Shown one piece after another: positions 1 through 16,200 of a stretch of DNA of 64,000 nucleotides. The stretch's first letter is position 1, and each line of letters starts with the position of its first letter. Origin of the DNA: the human T2T-CHM13v2.0 reference genome, Homo sapiens; the NCBI GenBank assembly GCA_009914755.4, contig CP068257.2:12992001-13056000 (forward strand), read 5' to 3'. The notes beneath the pieces are model-generated. The model had not been told where the DNA came from. It ran no database searches and saw nothing but the letters and a program-made list of their open reading frames with translations. A program made the position numbers and the translations under genes.

Positions 1-220
<220 letters not shown>

Positions 221-465
221 TTATACTTTAACATCTGTGCTCTTTCAAAAAGTTTATAACTAATTGCCTATCATCAAACATTTTTATACTTTAACATCTA
301 TACTTCCCTAAGTGAAGAGGAGAATTGATATTATCTGGTTACTTTTATGCCTCTGCGCCATCAGCAATTTCAAGCCTTCAATCCTACCTTGTCCAATATG
401 GCAGCCATCCATAGTCTCAAGTGGCTATTGAGTGCTTAATATGTGGCTGATACAACTTAGGAAGT

Positions 466-512
466 GAATTTTAATTTAATTTAATTTTAATTTTAATTTA
501 AAACCAAAGGTG
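466..512. repeat. (TTTAA)n / (AATTT)n microsatellite
   Basis: 'aattttaatttaatttaattttaattttaatttaaaa'. Confidence 0.8.
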
Positions 513-1238
513 AGATTTTTTTTGCTGGGACTGATTGCACTTAAACCATTGAAGTTTCAGCATCGAACTGAAATGTGCTCTTAACTATAAAATACACATC
601 AGATTTCAAAGTGTTAGTTTAGAAACAAGCATACAAAAATCTCATTAATTTTATACTGATTACATGTTGAAATGATAATACTTTAGCTATATTGGCTTAA
701 TTCAATATGTTATTAAAATTAATTTAACCTGTCTCTCTTTTTAAAACAGTTTATTTTGACAACTAGAATAACTAAAATGTGTGAGTCACGTTATATTTCT
801 AATGGACAGGACTGCTGTAATTGTCTTTTAGCAATGTAATAGGTCCAAGATGGGGTTTGGGTATCTGTTTGTCTTCAGGTAATCCTTCAATTCAGCTGCT
901 ATTGAGAATGACTGCCAGAAGTTGCAGCAAAGATTTTGTGTATCAACTCCCTTGTGATTTATTCTCTAAAATAATGTGATTGAATAATCTTGCTTGTTTT
1001 GGTCATCAGTCTGTATCTTAACTGAAAAAAAAAAGGTCTTAATCTATTAACAGTTTACAGGACCCAAGTATTGCAGAGGGGTTGTTATATCCAACTCATT
1101 TTAAATGTTACCATAAAGCTGTGCCTGGGGCCGGCTTAACACAAATTATATTCTCTAGAGACAAAAGATAGCCACCTTCTGAAAGCCAGCCATCCTTCAC
1201 GTACACTGCAAAGGAGTTCCAGTGGTGAGATGGCACTG

Positions 1239-1256
1239 TTTGTGTGTGTGTGTGTT
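1239..1256. repeat. (TG)n microsatellite
   Basis: 'tgtttgtgtgtgtgtgtgtgtttt'. Confidence 0.8.
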
Positions 1257-2537
1257 TTGGTTTGAGTGTAGTGACACCAATTATGATAAGGATTAAAGAT
1301 CCTGGGAGGGGAGAGTGGTGGACATAGTAGACTTCCCCTTAACATTCCCCCACCTACCTTCTGGTGTGTCTTTCTCTTTGCAAAAACCAGAAGACTAAAA
1401 ACCACATTATATACATTCCCGCAAAGCTTGGATAGCAGATATGATTTAGACTTGGCAGATTATACGAATCCTTGTGAAATTTGGAAAGTGGGATGTGAAA
1501 GTGGAGGCCACATCCGGTAGCCATGTTAAAGGAAATGAGCAAAATTTCCTTTTTACCTAAAATATATCAAATATTATCACTTCATCAAATCATCATTACA
1601 AAATTATTAATAACCTATGTTTTACTCATTTTTTATATGAAGTCTGTAAAACATATTATATATTTTACACTTATTGTCCATCTGCATTTGGACTAGTCAC
1701 TTTTCAAGTACTCAATTGCCACCTGTGGTTGTACAGTGTAGCTCTAGGGCAGGGGTTAGCAAACTTTTTCTGTGAAAATCAGATAGAAATATTTTAGGTT
1801 TGTGAGACACAGTTTCTATTGCATTCTACTGTCTCCTTTATTTTTGTTTCTGTTTTTAAATATACTTTTAAAAATATAAAAGCTATTTTTAGCTCGTGCA
1901 TGATACAATTACGGGCTGCCTAAGGCTATGATTTTCAGTCCCTACTGTAGAGTGAAAATCAGCCCTTCTGAGCGTTCTCTAACTTCTATGCTAAATCCTG
2001 CCTGCTTCTAGTAGCAAGAGTAGATTCTGTTTTCCACAGTTGAATTTGGCAAATTTATACGGAACATTATTCACCTTGTTCTACAGTGTAAGGAAATAGA
2101 GACTGCAAGACTTGAAGCAACTTTCCAAGGTCATATAGCTTCTAAGTGACAGAGCTAGAAAGAGAATCCACAACTGCTCAAATCCAAAGCTGACAATTTT
2201 ATCCGCTGCATCATTGGCTCTCCATTATTATTAAGACTTTCTTTAGCTTGAGTAATGAACCTTCACTGATCCATTTATTTAGCTGACAAATATTTATTGA
2301 ATGACCACTATGCAGAAGATATGAATAATAGGAACAATGCCTTTGACCCACATTTAAGCACATTTTTTAAAAGGCTCAAGTTTTCTATTAATTTATGAGA
2401 TACAAAATGAAGTGGAAAATTGACAATTATTTGCTTACTTCAGTCAATATAGACAGCAAGTCAGATAATTCAGGCTTGATCCAGTTAGCCCCAAATTGGC
2501 AGAGATACAAACATTTTATGTTCTCTGTCTTAATCTG

Positions 2538-2922
2538 TTTTGTGTTGCTGTAACAGAATACCTGAGACTGGGTAATTTATAGCAAACAGGAATTTACTGG
2601 CTCACAGTTCTGGAAGCTGAGAAGTCCAAGACAGAGGGGCCACATCTCGTGAGGACCTTCTTCCTGTGTCACTCCATGGCAGAAAGCAAAAGGGCAAAAG
2701 AGGGCAAAACAAAGAAAACAAGAGAGGGCCAAACTTGGCTTTTATAACAAACCCACTCTTGATTACAAACTCACTCTCATGATAACGACATTAATCCATT
2801 TGTAAGATTAGAGCTTTCATGATCTATTAATCTCTTCTTAAAAGTCCCACCTGTCAATATGATTGCACTGGGGATTAAATTTCCAACACATGAACTTTAG
2901 GAGAGACATCCAAACCATAGCA
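2538..2922 (-). mobile_element. MaLR LTR (MLT1/MST-like, solo)
   Basis: 'tgttgctgtaacagaatacctgagactgggtaatttat...ggctcacagttctggaagctgagaagtccaag...cacctgtcaatatgattgcactggggattaaatttccaacacatgaacttt...ccatagca' reads as the reverse complement of the MaLR LTR consensus. Clearly diverged. Confidence 0.6.
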
Positions 2923-5107
2923 TTCTCACTCTTTTTCTAATTCAAATACTTTGTGAGCTTCAGACATAAGGAGATACTAAAATAGATACAGAATCAAGCA
3001 GTTACAGGCTACATTTAAAATAACATTATGGAGTGATCAGTCCTTAGGCTAATATGTTAGTTTTTTTTTCAGCGCATTTACTTAGCCGCATGCTTGTTCA
3101 CTCCCGCTAGTTTTTGGCCGTTGTCCTCCAATACTTTATGCCTTTCCTAATATACTGCAAGTGGATCACCTATTATTTCTCTTTTAAACATTTAATAATG
3201 TCCTATATCTTAAATTGGTTTCTCTTTGGACGAGCTATCCATTATCAACCTTCCTGAAAGTGCAATTAAAATACAAACTAGGCATTTACGATGATGTATG
3301 ATATTCTTCATTTAAAACCCCCAAATAAACCTCTTTCTGTTCAATGCCTCTACCCCATAATTATACATATGAACTACACTGGATCATCTCCTTTGAGAAT
3401 ATTGATGATCTTATGTTCATCTATGGAACTCCCACTATGTTCAAAGCAGTGATATCCAAAGGGTGAAATTCCTAGTAAGTATGAATAAATAATATATTTC
3501 ATAAGGGAAGCCAAAAGCCAAGGATTCTTCTCTCATTTTGATTTTCCTTTTTCAATTCATGTGGCAACTGACATTATTTTTATTATGGGCTATAGTTTCC
3601 TCCGTAACAAATAGTTGTATTGTCAGTTTGGTTCTAGAGATTTTGGGAGTAACTCTCTTCTCTGGAAAGGTTACAAATACCCGGATTGAGGACTGGAAGC
3701 TTGAGCCATAACTCCATTAGCTTTCAGAGTATTTCAGGGTGATTTCAGAGTATTTCTGAGGAACCAGTCCAAATGGAATAATATTTTTTTCTGGTACTGT
3801 TAAGTCTGGTCCGAAACTTTTTTTCCTTACATCAAGATGGGGGAAGGAAGTGCCAATACCAGGAGAAAAAGAAAAAAATCTATTCTTCAAAAGCTGAGAA
3901 AGAAATATAGGAAAGCTCCAAACCATTAACTGGGGATACTAAGAAAGCAGGTACTTAAAATACCTTGATTTAATTATTTAAAAAATTAACTTTATTCATC
4001 TAAGCTGTGAAATAATTTTCATTCGGAATATAATAAGTATTAATAATACTTTGATGGGAATGACATAATTCAACAACTAAAAAGTGAAATTGAGGGTTGA
4101 ACTGACTTTTCAGTATGCCTGTATACATACATACATGTTTGTATGTATACATATATTTTTAATTAAATGCTGAGAAATTACAGAGAAAGACAGAGCTATA
4201 GCAATTTAAATCATGTTTTTATCATTCTCGTCTTCTTTTGCAATATAAATGAAGTTTGAAAAAATTTTAGTCGACTAGTTGGCCATGAAATGGTTTGGTT
4301 TTTATGCATATTTACTTAAATGTGTGAGACATTTAAGAAAATATCTTCAGGCTCTTCAGCCTATTCAATTTTTCTTTTTAATTGTGGGGTGAAAATGCTT
4401 ATGAACAATTTGCATTGTCAATTGACAGCCTCCATGTGAATGGTTTATATCTCTCACACTAATATGTGCAAAATATTATTGCCCCCTCTTATGCATATCT
4501 AGCAACACCAACATCTTAGAGACATTAAAAAAGGTGTAAAGGTAAGGGAAGAGTTTCCACTGCATTGAAAAATATTTTTGTATTATTTTTATGTTACTGA
4601 GACTTATTATTAAACTTGCTTTCTAACATTGCTTTCTAATTGCTCCAAGCTTTCAAAAAACCAAAACTTTGAAAGCTATGATAATAAGCCATTTTTAATG
4701 CACCCAAAGAACAAAATAGGTATATGTGAAGGTAAGCGCAAAACTTAAAAGTAATTTGTTGTTACCCTTTCTCTAAAGCACAAAAGATCTGAGTTTGTAT
4801 CCTGGTGCATCCTCTCTTTGAGTGGGCAAGTTATTTAACCTTTTCAACATTTCTAAATCTCTCTAAAATTGTTGTGAGAATAAACATAAATAATTTCATG
4901 TATACATCTATTACCTTACAAAAATAAGGCACTGAATAAATGATCATTATTATTTTTTGTGTTATCAGGAAAAGTGTGATTTTAAGAACAGGAAGTGGCA
5001 TCTAAATCTGTAAGTATATGGAAGTTCTTTATCTGTAGTAGACATAGGCTGGTTTATATTGTCCTAAGCCACAACAAAAGTAAAAGAAGTTTATATGTAT
5101 TAAATTA

Positions 5108-5522
5108 TAGTTGACCCTTTAACAACATGGAGGTTAGGGTTGCTGACACCCCATGTAGTCCAAAATTTTCATATAACTTTTGACTCCCTAAAAACTTTAC
5201 TAATAGTCTACTATTGACTGGAAGACTTACTGATAACATAAATAGTCAATCGATACACATGTTGTATGTTATATGTATTATATACTGTGTTCTTACAAGT
5301 AAGTAAGCTAGAGAAAAGAAAATGTTAATAAGAACATGAGCAAGAGAAAATACATTTATTATTCAGTAAGTGGAAGTGGATCATCATAAAGGTCTTTATT
5401 CCTGTCATCTTCACATTGAGTAGGCTGAGGAGGACGAGGAATAGGAGCAGTTGTGGCGAAAGAAAATCTGTGTATAAGTGGACCTGCACAGCTTGAACCC
5501 ATGTTGTTCAAGGGTTGACTGT
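5108..5522. mobile_element. Tigger2-like (TcMar-Tigger/pogo) non-autonomous DNA transposon (MITE)
   Basis: Terminal inverted repeats: left 'tagttgaccctttaacaacatggaggttagggttgctgacacccc...', right '...cacagcttgaacccatgttgttcaagggttgactgta'. The element is flanked by TA on both sides, as expected for a TA target duplication. The internal sequence matches my recollection of Tigger2-type MITEs. Confidence 0.6.
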
Positions 5523-6310
5523 ATTTTAAAGACAGATCAATTGCACAAGAGTTAGAATAGCCAGCACTGTTAAACAGGGACAGGTACAATTTTGTATAAT
5601 GCAGAGAACTCTATCTCTAGTAATTTTAAAGATAATTCACAGAACAATTTGCATTTGCCAGTTTGTAACACTTACCTTTTACAAATGATGGTGTGTATCC
5701 ATAAATTCAGGAAACAGTTTATTACAGTGGTTAGAGCATAAACTTTGAAAGCAGCCAGTGATGTGTCAGAATCAGCACTTGAGATAATTATTAACTAAAT
5801 ATTCAGATACTGCAAACCTGTAGTTAAACTATGGGTAGCTTGAAATTGGCCATGGTGGAGCATTTACACTGTGGAAATTGACAAACGCATAAATCTAGGT
5901 CTCCCTCACAACCACCACCTGATTTGCCAGAAACTACTGATTCAGATATGTATCTGTTTAAATGCCAACTTTAACACTTAATAGTTTATAGCCTTTAGTA
6001 TCTTATCTTGCCTTTCTTTCTCGCAACTTCCAAATCTAGAAAATGATATAATTATTTATAGTCATAAGGTTGCTTTGAGGATTGTGTTAACTTATATAAT
6101 CATCTAGTGCACATTCAATAAATGGTGGTTCATATTAATAAGCCAAAATCATAAAAAAGACAACAAGAAAGAGAAAAGCAGAAACTAAAGGAAAAGGAAT
6201 AACTTTCTGAGAACAGTGAATTTTTGCTGTATTAATAAGTATCATTAGGCAAGAGATTCTAGAACTATAATAGAGAAAAAAAAATCCACTCCAGTCAATG
6301 CTTCACTCAC

Positions 6311-6442
6311 CACGAAGAGATTGTTTGGTGTTTGTTCACTCTCTCCAAAGGGTGGGATAGGAGAATCAGTTCTACTAGACATGTTTTCTTGGTTAGCTTG
6401 TTGCTCTGGGATTGGCTCATATAAGCTATCCATAGAGCCCTC
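6311..6442 (-). CDS. Candidate coding exon (132 nt, phase 0/0) of an unidentified gene. Speculative.
   Basis: Minus-strand acceptor 'cataaatctctgtattgcag|GAGGGC' and donor 'CTCTTCGTG|gtgagtgaag' bracket a stop-free 132-nt frame. The frame encodes EGSMDSLYEPIPEQQANQENMSSRTDSPIPPFGESEQTPNNLFV. It is not in any repeat I recognise, and GC content is locally higher than the surroundings. Confidence 0.25.
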
Positions 6443-9400
6443 CTGCAATACAGAGATTTATGAGTCAAGGAATAACAGAATAATAATTTTCCTTTAAAAG
6501 GTACCTAATTTATACACCCACCTTTATATAGTACTTTATTTAAATTATCCTGGGCATAGGGATTAAGAGTTTACAGTATGCTAACTTTCAACAGTGAACA
6601 ATACAGTAAAGCCAGGAATTATTACACAGCCAGGAATTACTATTACCACCATTATTACAGAGCCAAGAATTTAAACAAGAGTTTAAGTGTTGCAGAGGCA
6701 GGCACACAATGAGGGAATTCCTCAAGAGGTATGTTGAAGACATTAAGCTCAAAAAACTAAATAAATGCCTTTTGAGACACCAATAAACTGTGTTGGTTAC
6801 AGATTTGAGTTACATGTATGTCTCTAATTGGTACCACCTCCCTTTATAAGAAATACAGTCTGCTCTACTTAGCTTTCTCAACTGTAAAGTAGCAGTTTCA
6901 ATGGCAGAGGAGGCGAAGTAAGATGGCAGAATAGAAAGCTCCACTGATCGTTTCTCCACAATAAGGACACCAAGTTAACAACTATCTACACAGAAAAACA
7001 ACACCCTCATAAGAATCAAAATTCAGGTGAGCACTCATAGTACCTGGTTTTAACATCAAATCACTAAAAGAGGCACTGAAGAGATAGAAAAAACAGTCCC
7101 GAATCTCCGACGCCACTCCTCCCCTACCGTGGCACCTGCGGCCTGGTGTGGAGAGCATCTCTGGGATCTGGGGAAGGGAGAACACAGCCATCGTGCGGCA
7201 TTGAACTTAGTGCTGTCCTGTTAGAGAAGAAAGAAAACCCAGACCAAACTCAGCTGATGCCCAGCCATAGAGGGAGCATTTAAACGAGCCCTGGCCAGAA
7301 GGGAATCTCTGATCCCAATGGTCCAAGGTTGAGTGCCTGCAAACCTTGCCGCCCAGGGCTGCAGCACTCTGTGTCTCCAGTAAACTTGAAAGGCAGTCTA
7401 GAACACAAGGACTGCAACTCCTATGTGTGTCTCAGTGTGAACTAAGCCCAGAGACAGTAGACTGAGGGGGCATGTAACACACTGAGACACCGGTTGGGGC
7501 AGCCAAGGGAGTGCAGGCATCACCCTGCCCCTAACCCTAGGCTGCATATCTTGAGGCTCCAAAAGAGACCCCTTCCTTCTGCTTGAGGAGAGACGGAAGT
7601 GTAGGGAGGCCTTTGTCTTGCATCGAGGGTACCAGCTCAGCCATAGCATAATAGGGCACTGATAAGAGTCATGAGGTACCCCCCTTCCGGGCCCTAGCTC
7701 CCAGATGACATTTCTAGGCAACCTTGGGCCAGAAGGAAACCGCTGCCCTGAAGGAAAGGGTTCAGTCCTGGCAGTATTCATTACCTGCTAACCGAAGAGC
7801 CCTTGGGCCCTGAATAGCCAGCAGTGATACCCAGGTACTACATCAAGGGCCTTGGGAAAGCCTCTGAGACTTAGTGGCTTTAGATGAGACTCAGCACATT
7901 ACTAGCTGTGGTGGCTACAGAGGAAAACTTCTGTTTGAGAAAAGCAGAGGGAAATGCAAAGGGGACTTTATCTTGCACTTTAGGTACCAGCACAGCCACA
8001 TGGGGGTAGAGCACTGACTGGGCTCTTGTAATCTCTTATTCCAGGACTGTATGCTTGGATGGCATTTCTGGACATGCCCTGGGCCAGAGGGGAGTCCAGT
8101 GCCCTGCAGGGTAAATCCCAGGCCAGGTAGCATTCACAAAAAGCTGACTTAAGAGACCTTGGGCCTTAAGAGAGCATCTGTGGTAGTCTAGCAGTACTCC
8201 TTGTACCTAGGGTGGTATGGCTACAGAGTGAGGCTCCTCTGTCTTTAAAAACTGGAGAGAAGAGTGGGAAGGCTGGTGTGGTTTGAGTGCCAGCTCAGCT
8301 GTAATACAATAACACCAGGTAGACTTCTAATGTTTTAGACTCTAATCCCTGACTCCTGGACTGCACTTCTGGACTCACCCAGGGCCTGGGGGCCTTCAGT
8401 GCCCTGAAGGGAAGCACAGAGGCATGACAGGATTTGCCACCTGCTGACTGTAGAGCCTGAGCGCTTTGAGTGAACACAGGCAGTAGCCAGGGAGTGGTTA
8501 CAGCAGGCCTTGGGCAAGACCCAGTGTTGTGCTGGCTTCAGGTCTGACCCAGCACAGTCACAGCAGTGGTAGCCACAGGGGTGCCAGTGTCATTCCACTT
8601 CCAGCTTTCAGTAACTCATAACACAGAGAGAGACTCTGTATGTTTGGGAGAAAGTAATAAAAGAGAACAAGAGTCTCTGACTGGTCATCCAGGGAGTTCT
8701 CCCATATCTGGTCGAAAACCATCAATGAGGTACTTTGAGTCTGCAAGAACCACAGTGCTACTGGGCTTGGGATATCCCCTAAAGCAGATACAGCTTAGAT
8801 TACAAAACACAAGTCCTTTCAAATATCTGGAAAGCCTCCTCAAGAGGGACAGCTACAAATAATCCAAGACAGTGAAGACTAGAATAAATACTTAACTCCT
8901 TAATGCCCACACACCGAAGAACATCTACTAGCATCAACACCATCCAGAAAAACAGGACCTCACCAACTAAACTAAATAAGGCACCAGGGACCAATCCTGG
9001 AGAAAGAGATATGTGACCTTTCAGATAATTTGAAATAGATGTGTTGAGGAAACTCAAAAGAAATTCAAAATAACACGGATAAGGAATTCAGAATTCTATC
9101 CAATAAATTAACAAATAAACTGAAATGATTAAAAAGAATCAAGCAGAAATCCTGGAACTGAAAAATGCAATTGGCACACTGAAGAATGCATCAGAGTCCT
9201 TTAATAGCAGAATGTATAAGCAGAAGAAAGAATTAGTGAGCCTAAAGACAGCTATTTTAAAATACACAGTCAGAGGAGACAAAAGAAAAAAGAACAAAAA
9301 ACAACGTAGCGCAACTACAGGATCTAGAAAATTGCCTCAAAAGGGCAAATCTAAGAGTTATTGGCCTTAAAGAGGACGTAGATAAAGAGATAGGGATAGA

Positions 9401-10491
9401 AAGTTTATTCAAAAGGATAATAACAGAGAACTTCCCAAACCTAGAGAAAGATATCAGTAGCCAAGTACAAGAAGGTTATAGAACACCAAGCAGATTTAAC
9501 CCTAGGAAGACTACCTCAAGGTATTTAATAATCAAATCCCAACTATCAAGGATAAAGAAAGAATTCTAAAAGCCACAAGAGAAAAGAAACAAATAACATA
9601 CAATTGAGCGCCTATATGTCCGGCAACAGACTTTTCAGTGGAAACCTTACAGGCCAGGAGAGAGTAGCATGACATATTTAAAGTGCTTAAGGAAAATAAT
9701 TTTTACCCCAGAATAATGTATCTGGTGAAAATATCTTTCAAACATAAAGAAATAAAGACTTTCCCAGGCATACAAAAGCTGAGGGATTTCAAGAACGCCA
9801 GGTCAGTCCTATAAGAAATGCTAAAGGGAGTACTTCAATCAGAAAGAAAAGGACAGTAATGAGCAATAAATAATCACCTGAAGGTACAAAACTCACTGGT
9901 AATAGTAAGTACACAGACATATACAGAATATTATAACACTGTAACTGTGGTGTGTAAAATAATCTTAAGTAGGAAGATTAAAGAATGAACCAATGAAAGA
10001 TAATAACTACAACAGCTTTTCAAGACACTGTCAGTACAATAAGACATAAATAGAAGCAATGAAAAGTTAAAAAGCAGGGAGACAAAGTTAATGTATAGAG
10101 TTTTAATTAGTTTTCTTTTTGCTTGTTTGTTTGTGCAAATAGTGTTAAGTTGTCAGCAGGTTAAAATAATGAGTCATAATATTTGCAAACCTCATGGTAA
10201 ACTCAAACCAAAAAACATACAATGAATATACAAGAATTAAAAAGCAAGAAACTAAACCATGTCTCCAGACAAAGTCACCTTCACTAGACAAAGACAGGAA
10301 GGAGAGAAAGAAGGAAGATAAGACCATAAAACAACCCGAAAACAAGTAATAAATGGCAAGAGTAAGTCCTTAATTATCAATAATAACATTGAATGTAAAT
10401 GAACTAAAATCTCCAATCAAAAGACATAGACTGGCTGCATGAATGAAAAAACATAACCCATCAATCTGTTGCCTGCAAGAAACACACTTCA

Positions 10492-12780
<2,289 letters not shown>

Positions 12781-12792
12781 AAAGCACATACA
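12781..12792. repeat. Right target-site duplication of the young L1
   Basis: See the left copy at 10497-10508. Confidence 0.6.
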
Positions 12793-12796
12793 GACT

Positions 12797-13213
<417 letters not shown>

Positions 13214-16200
13214 TCAGATAAAATAGATTTCAACACAAAATCTATAAGAAGAGACAAAGAAGGTCACTATTTAATGATAAAGGGATCAATTCAGCAAGAT
13301 GATATAAACATTTTGAATATATATATGCACCCAACACTGGAGTACTCAGGCATATAAAGGAAACATTTTTAGAGATAAAGAGGGCTAGGACCAAATACAA
13401 TAATAGCTAGAGACTTTAACATCCCATTTTCAGCTTAGAAAAGATCTTCCAGACAGAAAATCAACAAAGAAACATCAGACTGAATCTTCACTATAGAGTA
13501 AATTGATCTAATAGATATTTACAGAACATTTCAGCCAAAAGCTGCAGAATACTCATTCTTTTCCCTAGAAAGTGGATCATTCTCAAGAATACAACATATG
13601 TAAAACAAAAAAGTCTTAAAACATTAAATAAGTTGAAATAATATCAAGCATCTTCTCTTACCACAATGGAATAAAACCAGAAACTAATAAGAATAGGAAT
13701 TTTGGAAACTATACAACATGGAAATTAAACAATATGCTCCTGAGTGACCAGTGGTCAATGAAGAGATTAAGAAGGAAATTGGAAAATTTCTTGAAAGAAA
13801 TGATAACAGAAACACAACATACCAAAACCTATGGGATACACCAAAGGCAGTACTAAGAGGGAAGTTTATAGCAATAAATGACTACATCAAAAAAGATGAA
13901 TAACTGCAAATGAACAACCCAACAATGCATCCTAAGGAACTAGAAAAGTAAGAGCAAACCAAACCCCAAATTAGTAGAAGAAACAAAATAATAAAGGTCA
14001 GAGCCAAAATTAATGAAATTGAAGTTTAAAAAAATACAAAAGATTAATGACAAAAAAGGTTGTTTTTTGAAAAGTTAAACAAAGTTAACAAACTTTTAGA
14101 CAGACTGAAAAAAAGAGATAAAGCCCAAATAAATAAAATCAGAAAAGAAAAAGTAGACACTACAACTGATAATGCAGAAACTCAAAGCATCATTAGTGGC
14201 TACTATGAGCAACTATATACCAATATATTTAAAAAATCTAGAAGAAATGGATGAATTCCTAGATGCATACAACCTACCAAGATTGAACCAAGAGGAAATC
14301 CAAAACCTGAAAAGACCAATAACAAGTTACAAGATCAAAGCCATGAAAAAAGAAATCTCCCACTAAAGAAAAGCCCAGAACCTGACAGCTTCACTTCTGA
14401 ATTCTACCAAACCTTTAAAGAAGAATTAATACCAATCTTACTCAAACTATTCCAAAAAGTGGAGGAGAGGGGAATGCTTCCAAACTCATTCTATGAGGCC
14501 AATATTACTGTGATACCAAAACCAGACAAAGACACATCAAAAAAAAAAGAAGACTACAGGCCAATATTTCTGATGAATATTAATGCAAAACTCCTCAACA
14601 AAATACTACCAAACTAAATTCAACAACAATATATTAGAAAGATCATTCATCGTCCAAGTGAGATTTATCCCAGGGATGCAAAGATAGTTCAACATATTCA
14701 AATCAATCAGTATGATACATCATATCCACAGAATGAAGTTTAAAAACAATATTATTATATCAATTTATACTAAAAAATCATTTTAAAAAATTTGACATTC
14801 CTTCATGATAAAAAAATACCTAAAAAAACTGAGTCTAGAAGGAACATACCTCAACATAATAAAAGCCTTATACAATAGACCCACAGCTAGTATCATACTG
14901 ACTGGGGAAAAGATGAAAGCCTTTCCTCTAAGATCTGGAATATAACCTGGCTCACCAGTGTTATTCCACATAGTACTGGAAGTCCTAGCTAGAGAAATTA
15001 GACAAGGAAAGATATACATGGCATCCAAATTAGAAATGAAGAAGTCAAATTATACCTGTTTGCAGATGATATGATATGATTTGGAAAACCCTAAAAATTC
15101 CTCAGGAAAACTGTTAGAACTAATAAACAAATTTAGCAACGTTGCAGGATACAATTTCAACATAAAATACCAGTAGCATTTCTATGAGAACAGGCAACAA
15201 TATAAAAAAGAAATTAAAAAGTAATCCTATTTACACTAGCCACACATAAAATTAAATCCCAAAGTGAAAGATCTCTATAATAAAAGCTATAAGATATTGC
15301 TGAAATCAATTGAGGAGGACATAAAAAATTTGAAAATATTTAATGAAAAATAGTTTATGTTCACAGATTTATTGAAAAATAATATAGGTTCATGGATTGA
15401 AAGACAATTTTGTTAAAATGTCCATTCTACTCAAAGCAAACTACAGATTCAATGCAACCTCAGTAAAAATACCAGTGACATTCTTCACAGAAATGGAAAA
15501 AAAATCCTAAAATTTATATGGGACCACAAAAGACACAGAATAGCCAAAGCTATCCTAAGCAAAAAGAACAAAACTGGAGAAATCACATTACCTGACTTCA
15601 AATTAGACTACAGAGCTATAGTAACCTAAACAGAATGGTGCTGGCATAAATACAGACACACAGACCAATGTAAAAAATAGAGAACTCAGTAACAAATCAG
15701 CACACTTACAGTGAACTCATTTTTGACAAAGATGTCAAGAACACACACTGGGGAAAAGACAGTCTCTTCAATAAATAGTGCTGGAAAAACTAAATATTCA
15801 AATGCAGAAGAATGAAATTAGGCCCCCATCTATCACCATATATGTAAATAAAATCAAAATGGATTCAAGACTTAAATCTAAGACTTCAAACTATGAAACT
15901 AGAAGAAAACATTAGGGAAAATCTTCAAGACATTGGTCTGGGAAAGGATTTCTTGAGCAATTCCCCACAACTATAGGCAACCAAAGCAAAACTGAACAAA
16001 TCGTCTCGTATGTTGAAAAGCTTCCGCACAGAAAAAGATATAATCAACAAAGTGAAGAAACAACCCACAGAATGGGAGAAAACATTTGCACAATATCCAT
16101 CTGACGTGGGATTAATAACCAGAACACACATGGAACTCAAACAACTCTATAGGAAAAAGTCTAATAATCTGATCAAAAAATGGGCAAAAGAATTTGAATA

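Noticed and set aside
5359-5589. A 76-aa minus-strand ORF with an upstream acceptor-like 'tttaacag', ending in a stop fused to AATAAA. It looked like a terminal coding exon.
   Set aside because: It lies entirely inside a Tigger2-like MITE. The 'protein' is the MITE's internal sequence read in one frame, and the acceptor sits just past the right TIR. I kept it only as an exaptation curiosity (finding F6), not as a gene.
7398-8862. Several 60-127-aa ORFs on both strands (for example 7398-7781 on the minus strand and 8566-8862 on the plus strand).
   Set aside because: They lie within the GC-richer 5'UTR of the old L1, which is known to be non-coding repetitive sequence. Open frames there are a base-composition effect.
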